From assembly GCA_017507425.1 (NCBI GenBank), contig JAFWAZ010000197.1, positions 1,285-65,284 on the forward strand: a stretch of 64,000 nt of DNA, written 5' to 3'. Each line of letters begins with the position of its first letter. The first letter of the stretch is position 1. The translations under genes were made by a program, and so were the position numbers. Below the pieces are notes generated by a model. It searched no databases. It had not been told where the DNA came from and saw nothing but the letters and a program-made list of their open reading frames with translations. Origin of the DNA: Oscillospiraceae bacterium (GTDB lineage: Bacteria; Bacillota; Clostridia; Oscillospirales; Oscillospiraceae). Positions 27,909 through 37,694 of the stretch are shown here, piece after piece.

Positions 27909-28823
27909 ATGCTTATTGTTTACATCCTCGGAGCTTTGGTGCTCCTGTACATCCTCGTGACGCTGGCGCTGTTTCTGGTTTCCTTTCTCAATCTGGACAA
28001 ATCCCCGGAGCTGCCGGTGAAAAAGCCCATGCACATTCAGAACTGTAAGGCGGGCTATGCGGAATTTGACGCCATGGAGAAAGAAGACGTCTGGATCCAA
28101 AGCCACGACGGCTATGCCCTCCACGGCTACTTTATCCCGAATCAAAAGGCCAATAAGGTGGTCATCTCCTTCCATGGCTACAACACCGAGGCCCGGAAGG
28201 AATATCCCCTGCACCACTCCTATTATCAGGAGGGCTACACGGTGCTGATCGTGGATCAGCGTGGCGTGGGCCAGTCCAAGGGCCGGTTCATCACCATGGG
28301 CCTGCTGGAGCGGTTCGACTGCCTGCGCTGGATCGACTATGTGATCAACCGTTATGATGGTGACGTGGAGATCCTCCTCGAGGGCCTGTCCATGGGCGCG
28401 TCCACCGTCATGATGGCGGCGCAGGACATCCGTGCCCCGCAGGTCAAAGGCATGATCGTCAACTGCGGCTTCGATTCCTGCTCCGAGCAGCTGGAGCACA
28501 CCGTCACCAAGCTGATGCACCTGCCCGGCTTCCCGGTGATGCATACGGTCAGGTTTTACGCCAAGCTTCTGGCGAAATACGATATGGACGCCATCACCGC
28601 CTCCGAATCCCTCGCAAAGAGCGACATTCCCATTCTGATGTTCCACGGAATGAAGGATACGTTTGTTCCCTACATCAATCTTGCAAAGATCTTCCCGCAC
28701 ATCAAGGCTGCCCATAAAAAAATGATCCCCTGCGAGCACGCCGCCCACGGCATTGCCCGGTTCGAGGATCGGGAGCTTTACGAAGGAGAGATCCATCGGT
28801 TCCTATCGGAGCTGGATTTCTGA
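27909..28823 (+). CDS. Alpha/beta hydrolase (N-terminal TM, YqkD/S33-like)
   Basis: FHGY, DQRGVGQS.G, GLSMGA nucleophile elbow, FHGMKD.FVP, AAHG. Confidence 0.88.
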   Translation: MLIVYILGALVLLYILVTLALFLVSFLNLDKSPELPVKKPMHIQNCKAGYAEFDAMEKEDVWIQSHDGYALHGYFIPNQKANKVVISFHGYNTEARKEYPLHHSYYQEGYTVLIVDQRGVGQSKGRFITMGLLERFDCLRWIDYVINRYDGDVEILLEGLSMGASTVMMAAQDIRAPQVKGMIVNCGFDSCSEQLEHTVTKLMHLPGFPVMHTVRFYAKLLAKYDMDAITASESLAKSDIPILMFHGMKDTFVPYINLAKIFPHIKAAHKKMIPCEHAAHGIARFEDRELYEGEIHRFLSELDF

Positions 28824-28915
28824 CCGGATACAAAAAGCCACCCGAGGGTGGCTTTTTTCTTGCAAGCTGAACCGAAATATGATATGCTATCCAAAAACAT
28901 ACGGAGGAACCAATT

Positions 28916-29818
28916 ATGGAAAAGAAGGACATCATTGAATTTTTTGACCGCTGTGCTCCCAGCTGGGATGCGGAGATGATCAAAAACGACATTGTCATCG
29001 GAAAGATCCTTGACAATGCCGAAGTTGGTGCAGATATGGACGTGCTGGACGTGGCCTGCGGTACAGGTGTCATGTTTGACTACTATCTCGACAGGGGCGT
29101 GGCATCCATCACCGGTATCGATATTGCCCCGGAAATGGCGAAGATCGCGGCCATGAAGTATTCCGGCGAGCCTCGGGTGCAGGTGGTTTGCGGCGACGTG
29201 GAGGAGTATGCCTTCAATCGGAAATTTGACCGGATCGTGGTGTACAACGCTTTTCCCCATTTCCAGTATCCCAAGCGTCTGATCAAGACTCTGGCGGGCC
29301 TGCTGAAGGAGGATGGCCGTCTGACCGTCGCCCACGGCATGAGCCGGGAGGCCATCGACAACCATCACAGCGGTTCTGCCAGCAAGGTCAGCAAGGGCCT
29401 GATGACGGCAGAGAGCCTGAAGCGGATCTTTGATGCCCACTTTGATGTGGAAGTCGTTATTTCCAACCGGCATATGTATCAGGTCAGCGGCGTCAAGCGG
29501 GATGTACTGGCCCACTCCCACAGCGGTCACGTTCACTCACACGGCGGTTTGACCCACTGCCATACCCACGGCGACGAGGAGCATGATCATCTGCCTAAGG
29601 AGAATGCTACGCCCATGGAGGAGCTGCTGGTGATGATGCGGTATCTGGTTAGCCACAACGACGCCCATGCGCAGGAGGTTGCCGAGCTGGCCCGGGAGCT
29701 GATGGCGGCCGGTGAGGACGTGGCCTACGACGAGATCATGGACGCGGTGGCGGATTTCGACATGGTCAACGCCAAACTGGCGGCAGTGCTGTCCAAGCTG
29801 AATGCGGAGCGGTTCTGA
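28916..29818 (+). CDS. Class I SAM-dependent methyltransferase with His-rich linker and extra C-terminal helical domain
   Basis: VLDVACGTG, GIDIA, CGDVE; HSHSGHVHSHGGLTHCHTHGDEEHDH; SHNDAHAQE helix. Confidence 0.85.
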   Translation: MEKKDIIEFFDRCAPSWDAEMIKNDIVIGKILDNAEVGADMDVLDVACGTGVMFDYYLDRGVASITGIDIAPEMAKIAAMKYSGEPRVQVVCGDVEEYAFNRKFDRIVVYNAFPHFQYPKRLIKTLAGLLKEDGRLTVAHGMSREAIDNHHSGSASKVSKGLMTAESLKRIFDAHFDVEVVISNRHMYQVSGVKRDVLAHSHSGHVHSHGGLTHCHTHGDEEHDHLPKENATPMEELLVMMRYLVSHNDAHAQEVAELARELMAAGEDVAYDEIMDAVADFDMVNAKLAAVLSKLNAERF

Positions 29819-29886
29819 TCGACAAATAAAGCAATCCCCGGCTGTACAGCCGGGGATTTTGCCTCTTTTCGGGGAGATGACCTGAC

Positions 29887-31431
29887 TCAGCTTTTCTTCA
29901 GAAATCTGCGCATGACCATCCCAATCAGTTGGCTGCGCTCCTCCTTGTTCAGTACGATTATCATGTTGGCACAAAGACCAAGGATTCCGGTGATGCCGCA
30001 GGCGACGAAGAAGGTAATCCAGCCGTTGATTGGAAGAATAGTGCGCACAAGAGAGCCAATACCAATGACTACGGCACAGCATAGGATGGACTGCCCGACC
30101 TGTGGATAGAAGGTATACCACTTTAGCTTCAGAAAACGCGATGTTGCAGGGATTGTAAAGAGCAGATCACGAGTAATTCCAATGATACAGCTTACGCCTG
30201 AAACGGCAATAACGCCCAAATCTGTAAAGCTCAGCAAGGCCAGAGTGATGGCGGTTGACAGTAATCCGCTGGTTAGCATTGCGACAGAATTATATTTGAC
30301 TTTATTCGTAATCGTAAACACGCCGTACAAGACAACGGTTCCGCTCATAAATACATAGTGAAACATCGTGAGAGATGTCAGCATTCTTAGCAGAAAGGTG
30401 TCCTGAGATGGTACCCACAGCTGATAGAATATATCGGATAAGATCAAAATACCTGATGTCGGTACAGTGTTGATGACGCAGGTGAATTTCATTATGCTTC
30501 TGATTCTCTGACAAAGTTGTTGGTGGTCTCCATCAGCATAGATGATAGTCAGTTCTGGGCCAAAGGCTCCTCTGATGGACTCTACAAATTGAACCAATAT
30601 GTTGGGAATCGTTTTTGACAGGGACAAAATGCCCATTGAGGTCGCGCCGAGATATAGATTACAGATTAGCAAATCTAAACTGTTTACCATCATCAGTCCG
30701 GCAGATGATATGGAATTCCAAACACCTGCGCCGACTAATTCTGTGATAGCAGACCAGGAGCATAGCGGTGGGCTGAATGTTATTCTCAGTTCCGGTGTTA
30801 ACTTATGGGTGAAGTATCCCGAGACTATCAACGTAATCAGCCCCAAACACAGAGAAACGAGACTGATATACCAAATACGAGGTGTCCATATAGTGAATAA
30901 TGTAATCAGCAAAACACAGCGAAGCATAGAGGTGGCCATGTTTGGGATAATAGCAAGATCCATCCGATTGGTAATATAAGTTCCGCAATCATAGTTTGGC
31001 GCGGCGGTACGTATAAAAAACAATATAAATACAAAGCTGAAGAGAATCTTGACGTCCATCAGGATATTGGCAGGGATGTCAATAAAATGCTCTAGTTTTA
31101 TCAACAAATATGCTGCAGGAAGCAACAAAATGGCTACAATGATCATGTTACCCCAGAAAACAGAGTTATAATACAGATTAGCCCGCTGATAATCCTGTTG
31201 GATATAGGAGAGGGTGATAAATCTAGCTGCCATGGCATTCAGCGCTGTAACAATCAGATTCGCATAGGTGATAAAGTTATTTGCAAGAGATACGAAGCCG
31301 TTGGCTTCTACACCAATGGTTTGGATGATATAGGGGGATAGCCAAAAGCTGATCAGCAAGTTAACAGCGAGAGAAGCCACACTACAAAGAATATTTATAG
31401 TGGTTCTTTTATTGCTTATATATTTACTCAA
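29887..31431 (-). CDS. wzx: Wzx-type polysaccharide flippase
   Basis: About 12-14 TM helices; N-terminal F.LSPYII..IGVEANGFV.LANNF MOP-family pattern; end of polysaccharide locus. Confidence 0.85.
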   Translation of the reverse strand: MSKYISNKRTTINILCSVASLAVNLLISFWLSPYIIQTIGVEANGFVSLANNFITYANLIVTALNAMAARFITLSYIQQDYQRANLYYNSVFWGNMIIVAILLLPAAYLLIKLEHFIDIPANILMDVKILFSFVFILFFIRTAAPNYDCGTYITNRMDLAIIPNMATSMLRCVLLITLFTIWTPRIWYISLVSLCLGLITLIVSGYFTHKLTPELRITFSPPLCSWSAITELVGAGVWNSISSAGLMMVNSLDLLICNLYLGATSMGILSLSKTIPNILVQFVESIRGAFGPELTIIYADGDHQQLCQRIRSIMKFTCVINTVPTSGILILSDIFYQLWVPSQDTFLLRMLTSLTMFHYVFMSGTVVLYGVFTITNKVKYNSVAMLTSGLLSTAITLALLSFTDLGVIAVSGVSCIIGITRDLLFTIPATSRFLKLKWYTFYPQVGQSILCCAVVIGIGSLVRTILPINGWITFFVACGITGILGLCANMIIVLNKEERSQLIGMVMRRFLKKS

Positions 31432-32221
31432 AGTGTACTCCTCTTCCTAAATACCGCTTGATGGATTCATAAAGATGATCCCCCAGTATTGTGCGCATAG
31501 CTTTTTTGGGGAAGTAAAAGATACTCTCTTTTTGCAATTGATGGCGTCGTTTGCGTGCCAAATCATCATGAGATCGTCTTTCGGCAGGGCTTTGCCAGCT
31601 TGCATCAAAATGATGGATAGAAATGGTATTCTGTGTCTTCCTTAGGATCCTTGTGGCGTTATCTATAGGGCAGAGGTATTCCGCGGGAAGAATTAGGATT
31701 TCTCCATTTAGCAACTGCTGCGTGCCATCACACAGCAAACCGTTTCTTACGAATACTGGTGTATTTCTAGTGGGACAGGGGGTCAGGTCATAGGAACCAT
31801 CATGCATAACAAATGGGATCTCGGCATAATCGGATATCAACTCCTGCACGATTGGTGAATGACGAACGGCTCCGAATCCCAGACCTGTATTGATATAGTT
31901 GATTCCTTCAAATCCAAAGAAAGCAGAATAGCTTAAAAGAGAATCGAAGCTTTTTACTAACTCCACGTCAGTGTCTAAATATATACCGCCGTGATCATAG
32001 ACAACCTTTAGACGAACATAATCCGCAACAAATGCCCATTTTTGGGCAGCATATGCCTGCTGTACATACAAAGGCGCAGATGAAATGTCAAAGTTATCCT
32101 CATTCCATTCTCTGATACAATAATCAGGGCAGAATCTTTCCCAACTATTAAAACATTTCTCGGCAAGCTTGGGTTTGGGATTACGTCCAAACCAGCAATA
32201 ATGAATAATACGAGGAATCAT
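31424..32221 (-). CDS. GT32 (OCH1-like, DxD) glycosyltransferase
   Basis: IPRIIHYCWFG, WAFVADYVRL, GGIYLDTDVE, SIHHFDASW. Confidence 0.9.
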   Translation of the reverse strand: MIPRIIHYCWFGRNPKPKLAEKCFNSWERFCPDYCIREWNEDNFDISSAPLYVQQAYAAQKWAFVADYVRLKVVYDHGGIYLDTDVELVKSFDSLLSYSAFFGFEGINYINTGLGFGAVRHSPIVQELISDYAEIPFVMHDGSYDLTPCPTRNTPVFVRNGLLCDGTQQLLNGEILILPAEYLCPIDNATRILRKTQNTISIHHFDASWQSPAERRSHDDLARKRRHQLQKESIFYFPKKAMRTILGDHLYESIKRYLGRGVHFE

Positions 32222-32291
32222 AATTTCTCCCTTCAGAATGTTACTACCGGATTGACATACCAATCAAATTTCTCGCCGGGTAGAGTTTTCA

Positions 32292-32513
32292 TCAAATGGA
32301 TGATTGCACGGGCCTGAGTTCAGAGTCACAGAATCTTTCGAACCTAAAGCCGGCAATATCTGCATTACTCTTTTGCAAAGTGTCATAGAGGAACGCCAGA
32401 TAGTGTCTATCAACGATATCATCCGAATCCACAAAAGAGATGTACTGACTTGCCGAGAGATCTAAGCCTGAAATCCGGGCAGCAGATACGCAGCTATTCT
32501 TCTAGTGGATCAT
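32292..32513 (-). pseudogene. GT2 glycosyltransferase remnant
   Basis: Manual translation: MIH*KNSCVSAARISGLDLSASQYISFVDSDDIVDRHYLAFLYDTLQKSNADIA; N-terminus lost, in-frame stop. Confidence 0.75.
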
Positions 32514-32514
32514 C

Positions 32515-33693
32515 TTACTTTCTGTCTAACAGCCGGTACAGGCTGGCCATGATTTCCTCGTTTTGCTTGTCCAGACCGTGATCTTTCAGGGCCTGAACAT
32601 ATTTCTCCATATCCTCCCGGTGGTGGTACAGATATTCGATGCTTTTTGCAATGCTTTCGGGATCTGCCTCGCAGAGCAGACCGTTTTCGCCGCTCCTGAT
32701 CTGTGTTTGTGCAGCCGGGATCGTGGCAAGAATGGGCTTGCACAGCGCCATGGCTTCCAGAATCACAACAGAATAGTTTTCATAGCGGCTGGGCTGGACG
32801 TACAGATCTGCTGCGGCAATATAGGGATAAGGATTGCTCTGCATCCCCAGGAGATGGAAGTGACCTCCGATTCCGGCTTCTTCAATCTGCTGACGCAGGA
32901 TTGCTTCATCCGGGCCGCCGCCGACGATCCACCAGTTCAGATCAGTATGACCCTTATCAAGAAGTATTTTCATGGCCTGAATGGCCCAATCGTAGCCTTT
33001 TGCCTCGCTGAGCCTGCCGCAGGAAACCAGATTGAAATTCGCGTTCGGGAAGTAACAGGACGGAATCTCTCTGCTTTTTTTCAATACATTTTCGATGTCT
33101 ACGATATTGTGTAAAACGGCAACCTTGTCCGCGTACTTGGGGCGAAAAAGCTTCAAGGCATCGAGGGTCTTCTCTGATACAGTGATAATTTTCTCACTCT
33201 TGCGATAGCCGATCTCATCGTGGTATTCTCGGCGCATGGCGCCGTGGTGGTAGAACATCAGATACCTGTCGGCATGGATGCCTCTGATGGCTGTTTCGGC
33301 GGTTCTGTCGGAGTAGATCACGCAGGTGTCGAAGTGCTCGTCTTTCAGATTCTCCCGGATGTAGCGGATGTACAGCCGGTTCTCCACCCATTTAATGGCA
33401 GGCACCGCCCACATCATGGCCTTATGAAGCCGAGAGGGATTCTCGGATTCCTCCGTCAGGTGGTACAGGCGGCTGTATTTGTAGGCTTTCGGAAAGGAAA
33501 TTGTGTTCTCCCGGTCTGCTACAATCAGGCGGCACTTGGACGTGATCCGGTCAGCCATTTCCAGCGAGCCTCGAATTACCAGACAGGTCACATTGTATTT
33601 GTCATAATCCATCCGGTTCAGCAGATTCACAAGGGCGGTTTCAATGCCGCCGATCCAGAGGGCCTCGGTTACAAAGATGATCTTTTTCTTCAT
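32515..33693 (-). CDS. GT4 (group 1) glycosyltransferase
   Basis: GGIETAL, GRLSEAKG, NPYPYIAAADLYVQPSRYENYSVVILEAM. Confidence 0.9.
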   Translation of the reverse strand: MKKKIIFVTEALWIGGIETALVNLLNRMDYDKYNVTCLVIRGSLEMADRITSKCRLIVADRENTISFPKAYKYSRLYHLTEESENPSRLHKAMMWAVPAIKWVENRLYIRYIRENLKDEHFDTCVIYSDRTAETAIRGIHADRYLMFYHHGAMRREYHDEIGYRKSEKIITVSEKTLDALKLFRPKYADKVAVLHNIVDIENVLKKSREIPSCYFPNANFNLVSCGRLSEAKGYDWAIQAMKILLDKGHTDLNWWIVGGGPDEAILRQQIEEAGIGGHFHLLGMQSNPYPYIAAADLYVQPSRYENYSVVILEAMALCKPILATIPAAQTQIRSGENGLLCEADPESIAKSIEYLYHHREDMEKYVQALKDHGLDKQNEEIMASLYRLLDRK

Positions 33694-33694
33694 A

Positions 33695-34696
33695 TCAGAC
33701 CTCAAAGCTGCTCTTTTCCGGCAGGATGGTTTCAAATGCTTTCTTTAGCCTTACGGACAAGGCTTCAAAATCCACATCCCCATCCGGGTCGTTGATGCAG
33801 ACGAAGTCGTGGGTTTGGCCCTCAATGATGCTGCACATTTTTTCCAGATTGTCTGCGGTGACGCTGTCCACCACATTGTCCACAATGGACGGTTCAAAAT
33901 TGCCGCCGGCCACCTGCCACCAGAGGCAGACCCATTGGTTCACATTGGAGGCCTGACGGAACTTGTCCCGGCAGGTGCTGTCCAGAAGGGCGGGTTCTGC
34001 TGCCCAGACCTCCTCAAAGGTCTGCCTGCGGTAGGCCGCAGGGGCGTGGAGGTTCTGGAAGCCCGTAAAATGATCCGGGAACAGGGTATTCAGCGCAAGG
34101 GTACGCAGATTGTTCTTCCAGCCGTAGCACTTGTTGTAAAATTTGCTCCCATGGTGACGGATGGCGTCCTTTTTGGGGAAATGGGCATTGATGACGCCCA
34201 GATCGTTGGCAGCGGCATGGGCCCAGATTCCAACCTCGCCGGTGAATGTCCACGGAACCTCGCGGCCGTAGGTGCGGGGCAGACCGTTGCGGAAAAACTG
34301 CTCCGGTTCCATGGGCCGCAGGAGGAACATATCATCGTTGAAATAGATGAAGTGCTCACTGAGATCCGGGATCCGGTGGATGTTCATTTCAATGGCGTGG
34401 GAACTGAACGTGGGCAGATACTCCGCCGGAATAAAATCCGTGTGCTTCACCAAGTGCAGCTTCGGCGCATCCAGATTCAGGAATGCAGGGACGTGGCCCC
34501 ATGTGACAAAATGTACTTTCCGTACCCAGGGAGCGTGCTTTTCGATACACCGGAACCAGTAGGGGAGAAGTCCCCAGTCCCGGTAGCGGTTGACGGAATT
34601 GCTGTCCGTGGCTGCCGGAGGGGCGTATTTACTTTTCTCCTCCAGCCAAACGGGATCGCTGCCGTCGACCCAGAGGATCACGATGTCGATGTTCAT
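33695..34696 (-). CDS. Stealth-family hexose-1-phosphate transferase (capsule phosphotransferase)
   Basis: CR1 IDIVILWVDGSDP.W, CR2 RYRDWG...LPTFSSHAIE...EHFIYFNDD, CR3 H.P, CR4 CIND. Confidence 0.92.
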   Translation of the reverse strand: MNIDIVILWVDGSDPVWLEEKSKYAPPAATDSNSVNRYRDWGLLPYWFRCIEKHAPWVRKVHFVTWGHVPAFLNLDAPKLHLVKHTDFIPAEYLPTFSSHAIEMNIHRIPDLSEHFIYFNDDMFLLRPMEPEQFFRNGLPRTYGREVPWTFTGEVGIWAHAAANDLGVINAHFPKKDAIRHHGSKFYNKCYGWKNNLRTLALNTLFPDHFTGFQNLHAPAAYRRQTFEEVWAAEPALLDSTCRDKFRQASNVNQWVCLWWQVAGGNFEPSIVDNVVDSVTADNLEKMCSIIEGQTHDFVCINDPDGDVDFEALSVRLKKAFETILPEKSSFEV

Positions 34697-34704
34697 AGGT
34701 ACCT

Positions 34705-35607
34705 CTATGCAATATGAAGCATCCGCTTCAGCTTGTTTTTGACACGGACGGCGAAATGCCCGGCCTGAGCGGCCAGAATTCTTGCGTCGTAGTTTACATT
34801 GCTCAACCAGATCTTGGCCGCAGATTCCTTGCAGCGGAGCAGTTCCAAAGCGGCCAGCTGCTTTTTGTACAGCAGCTGCCGGGTAAACCGGGTGCCCCAG
34901 TGGACGAGGATCGTCTCTTTCTGCTGTGCACGGATCCATGCTTTTCTCTTTTCCATACTAAGATCCATTCTGTTTTCGTGCTCCCAGTAGCAGCAGATGG
35001 ATCTTGTGTCATGAGGGATCGGCCGGCATTCGTTCAGCGCCATGGAAAGGGCAATGATAGGCTCGTCGCCGGGGGTAGAGAATTTTCCTTTGAAATTGTA
35101 TCTGTGATAGTTCTTTGCGATCTCTTTTGCTGTTTCAAACACCGCAGCGCTTTTTTCGGTTCTGCGGATGTAGTAGATGCCGCCATGAAGTCCTACGCAG
35201 TAGTGCACCCGGCTCTGCAGGTCACCCAGATCCTCATAGTTGAACCAGCCGGTTTTGTCATCCAGCGGAAGCACACGTCCAAAGCAGCAAAAGTCATCGG
35301 CCTGTTCAAACAGCCCGGGGATCTCGTTCAGATCACCGTAAGCAAGGCAATCCGCATCGATGAAAACGCTGATGTCATAAGGGAGATAGTCGTACAGCGA
35401 CAGCTTGTCCAGATAGGAATTGGTGGTGTTTTCCATAATGATCACATCATCGAATTCCTGGGTATATGCATTCTTTCGGTCTGCCAGCAGCGCAAAGGGG
35501 AGGGGCTGCTTGGAAAAATACCGATAGGAACGCAGCAAGTTCTGCGCCAGACGGTAGTAGTGCTCGTCACCGGTGGCAACGGTAAAAAAGCCGATGGTTT
35601 TGTCCAT
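34705..35607 (-). CDS. Putative GT-A fold glycosyltransferase
   Basis: TVATG..Y...A..L..S, KL..Y...PYD..VFIDADCL, GDEP; inside polysaccharide locus. Confidence 0.6.
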   Translation of the reverse strand: MDKTIGFFTVATGDEHYYRLAQNLLRSYRYFSKQPLPFALLADRKNAYTQEFDDVIIMENTTNSYLDKLSLYDYLPYDISVFIDADCLAYGDLNEIPGLFEQADDFCCFGRVLPLDDKTGWFNYEDLGDLQSRVHYCVGLHGGIYYIRRTEKSAAVFETAKEIAKNYHRYNFKGKFSTPGDEPIIALSMALNECRPIPHDTRSICCYWEHENRMDLSMEKRKAWIRAQQKETILVHWGTRFTRQLLYKKQLAALELLRCKESAAKIWLSNVNYDARILAAQAGHFAVRVKNKLKRMLHIA

Positions 35608-35620
35608 AGAAATCCCTACT

Positions 35621-36653
35621 TTACAAAAGATATTTCCCAACGGTGGGAAGTTTTCGAATCATTGCGGTCAGTGTGAAGCTGATCAGGTAAACGCACACGG
35701 CCAGAAGCGGCGTGATGACTGCGGGGCTGATCGGCTGTGCCGGAAATGGCAGGAAAGAGAGGAGTTCAATCACCAATGCGTGGAGGATATATACACCAAA
35801 TCCATATTCTGTGGTCTTAGCGAATATTACGTAGATTCTTTCGGAAAAATTCAATTTCGGTATGCGTTTGGTGAAAAACAGATAAATCGCTGCGGAGTAA
35901 AAGATTACGTTGGGCTTCTGATGCTGCTTGACAAAGTCAGCGGTCGCAGTTCGTCACTGATGCTGATATCCAGAACATAAGTCAGAACCAGCACAAGTGC
36001 ACCTAGAACGTAAACAGCAATTTCCCATTTTTTGGTGATCTTTTCCTGATATGCATAGAGAACGTAGCCAAGAAGAAAACAACCAACATAGCCGCTGAAA
36101 GATTCCAGTCCAAGGCGGCTGACTGTGCTTTCCACAATAGCGCCCACCTTTGGAATGTAGATCAGATATTGGGTTGCGATGTTATACATCACAAACAATA
36201 CCAGAACATAATGGCAAATCGTTTTATCCTGAACGATCTTCCGCAGGAGCGGTGTCAGCAGATACAGACCAACGGCGGCGTAGAGATACCAGAAATGGAT
36301 CGGGCCGTGGATATACATTGTCAGGATTCCAAAGATATTCAGATTTCTATATGTACCGTCCCAGACATAGTATGCTGTATAGACTGCCGACCATAGCAAG
36401 AAGGCAAGAATCAGCCTGAAAATGTACTTCTGAAACAACACTTTCAGGGGAATATCTTTTGCAGGATCCAGAAAGAATCTGCCGGAGATCATAAAAAATA
36501 CCGGAACACACCAGACGTAAGGTGCAATGGACATGGGGAGCCACCCCGACGCCCAGCAATCGGATACAAAGGGAATCCTGCCCATGTGAATGACGATGAC
36601 CGCCAGTGTGGCAAAAAACGCAGAATATCCAGTTCCGTCTGACGTTTTTTCAT
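35621..36653 (-). pseudogene. Acyltransferase-3 family O-acetyltransferase, frameshifted
   Basis: MKKRQTELDILRF continues only after a shift in a T6 run (~36613-36618) to FATLAVIVIH...VPVFFMISG...HFWYLY; further shifts near 35890-35945 before FGVYILH. Confidence 0.8.
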
Positions 36654-36665
36654 GTTTCTTTCCTT

Positions 36666-37694
36666 TCAGTTCACGATGGGGGTTCTCGTTGCTCGTAATG
36701 CTTTTACCCGCACGGCGATCCAATGCCGCAGCAGGGTCTTTTTGTTCCGCAGCCAAAGCTGCATTGCGCGGCCTTCCAGCAACAGCTTCTGAAACCTGTC
36801 CTGTTCCAGAGGAAGCAGTCGTTTTTTAGACCATTTCTGATAATCCGTGCAGATCCGTGTGATGGTCTGAATGTCCGATGCCGCGATTTTTTCCCTTGCC
36901 AGCACCAGATAGAGCTGTTGCAGCACCATTGCTCTGCTGGTTGTGGAGACTTCCTGTGGCAGCTGTTGGAGCGCTGCTTCGATGGGTTTCAGGAATTCGG
37001 GGATGCTGGGGATACGCTTCAGACGGCGGCCGGCATTACCCTCGTCCTCACTCTGTCGATAGTGATAAATGGCTTGAGGGACGTTCCAGATTGTATCACA
37101 GTGGGATATATACCGCAGGACGAATTCAAAATCTTCATATAGGAACATGGATGTATCCAGTTCCAAATTATGTGCCAGTATCATGTTTCGCTTGAAAACT
37201 TTGTTCCATACGGGGCTCAGGGAGTTATCCCGGTAGAGTTGTACAAAATTGTTGCTCCAACAGGAGCGATCCATCACACCATCATAGTCGTGATAAAGTG
37301 GATCCTGACGATAGCATTTTCCGTTGTGGTAATAATCGAAAGTCAGGCCAAAGATGGTCAGATCACATTCGACTGTGTGAGGATCTGCTAGAACTCGGCC
37401 CAGCGCCGCAGAATCGATGCTGTCATCCGCGTCAATAAACAGAAGAAGCTCTCCGGATGCTTCCAGAATACCCTGATTCCTAGCGGCGGATGCCCCGGCA
37501 TTTTCCTGATGCACTACCTGAATCTCAGAGAATTTGGCAGACAGTTCATCACAGACCGCACCGCTTCCGTCGGTGGAGCCGTCGTCGATTAGCAGGATCT
37601 CGTAGTCCTCTGCGACCGCAGTCTGGATGCTGGCCACGCAGGCGGGGAGATATTCTTTACAATTGTAGACCGGAATAATAAAGCTGATTTTCAT
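36666..37694 (-). CDS. GT2 glycosyltransferase
   Basis: ISFIIPVYN, IDDGSTDGS, NAGASAARNQG, FIDADD. Confidence 0.92.
   Translation of the reverse strand: MKISFIIPVYNCKEYLPACVASIQTAVAEDYEILLIDDGSTDGSGAVCDELSAKFSEIQVVHQENAGASAARNQGILEASGELLLFIDADDSIDSAALGRVLADPHTVECDLTIFGLTFDYYHNGKCYRQDPLYHDYDGVMDRSCWSNNFVQLYRDNSLSPVWNKVFKRNMILAHNLELDTSMFLYEDFEFVLRYISHCDTIWNVPQAIYHYRQSEDEGNAGRRLKRIPSIPEFLKPIEAALQQLPQEVSTTSRAMVLQQLYLVLAREKIAASDIQTITRICTDYQKWSKKRLLPLEQDRFQKLLLEGRAMQLWLRNKKTLLRHWIAVRVKALRATRTPIVN

Noticed and set aside
36613-36618. Phase-variable homopolymer switch in the acyltransferase
   Set aside because: The run is only 6 nt, and further downstream frameshifts would keep the gene broken.
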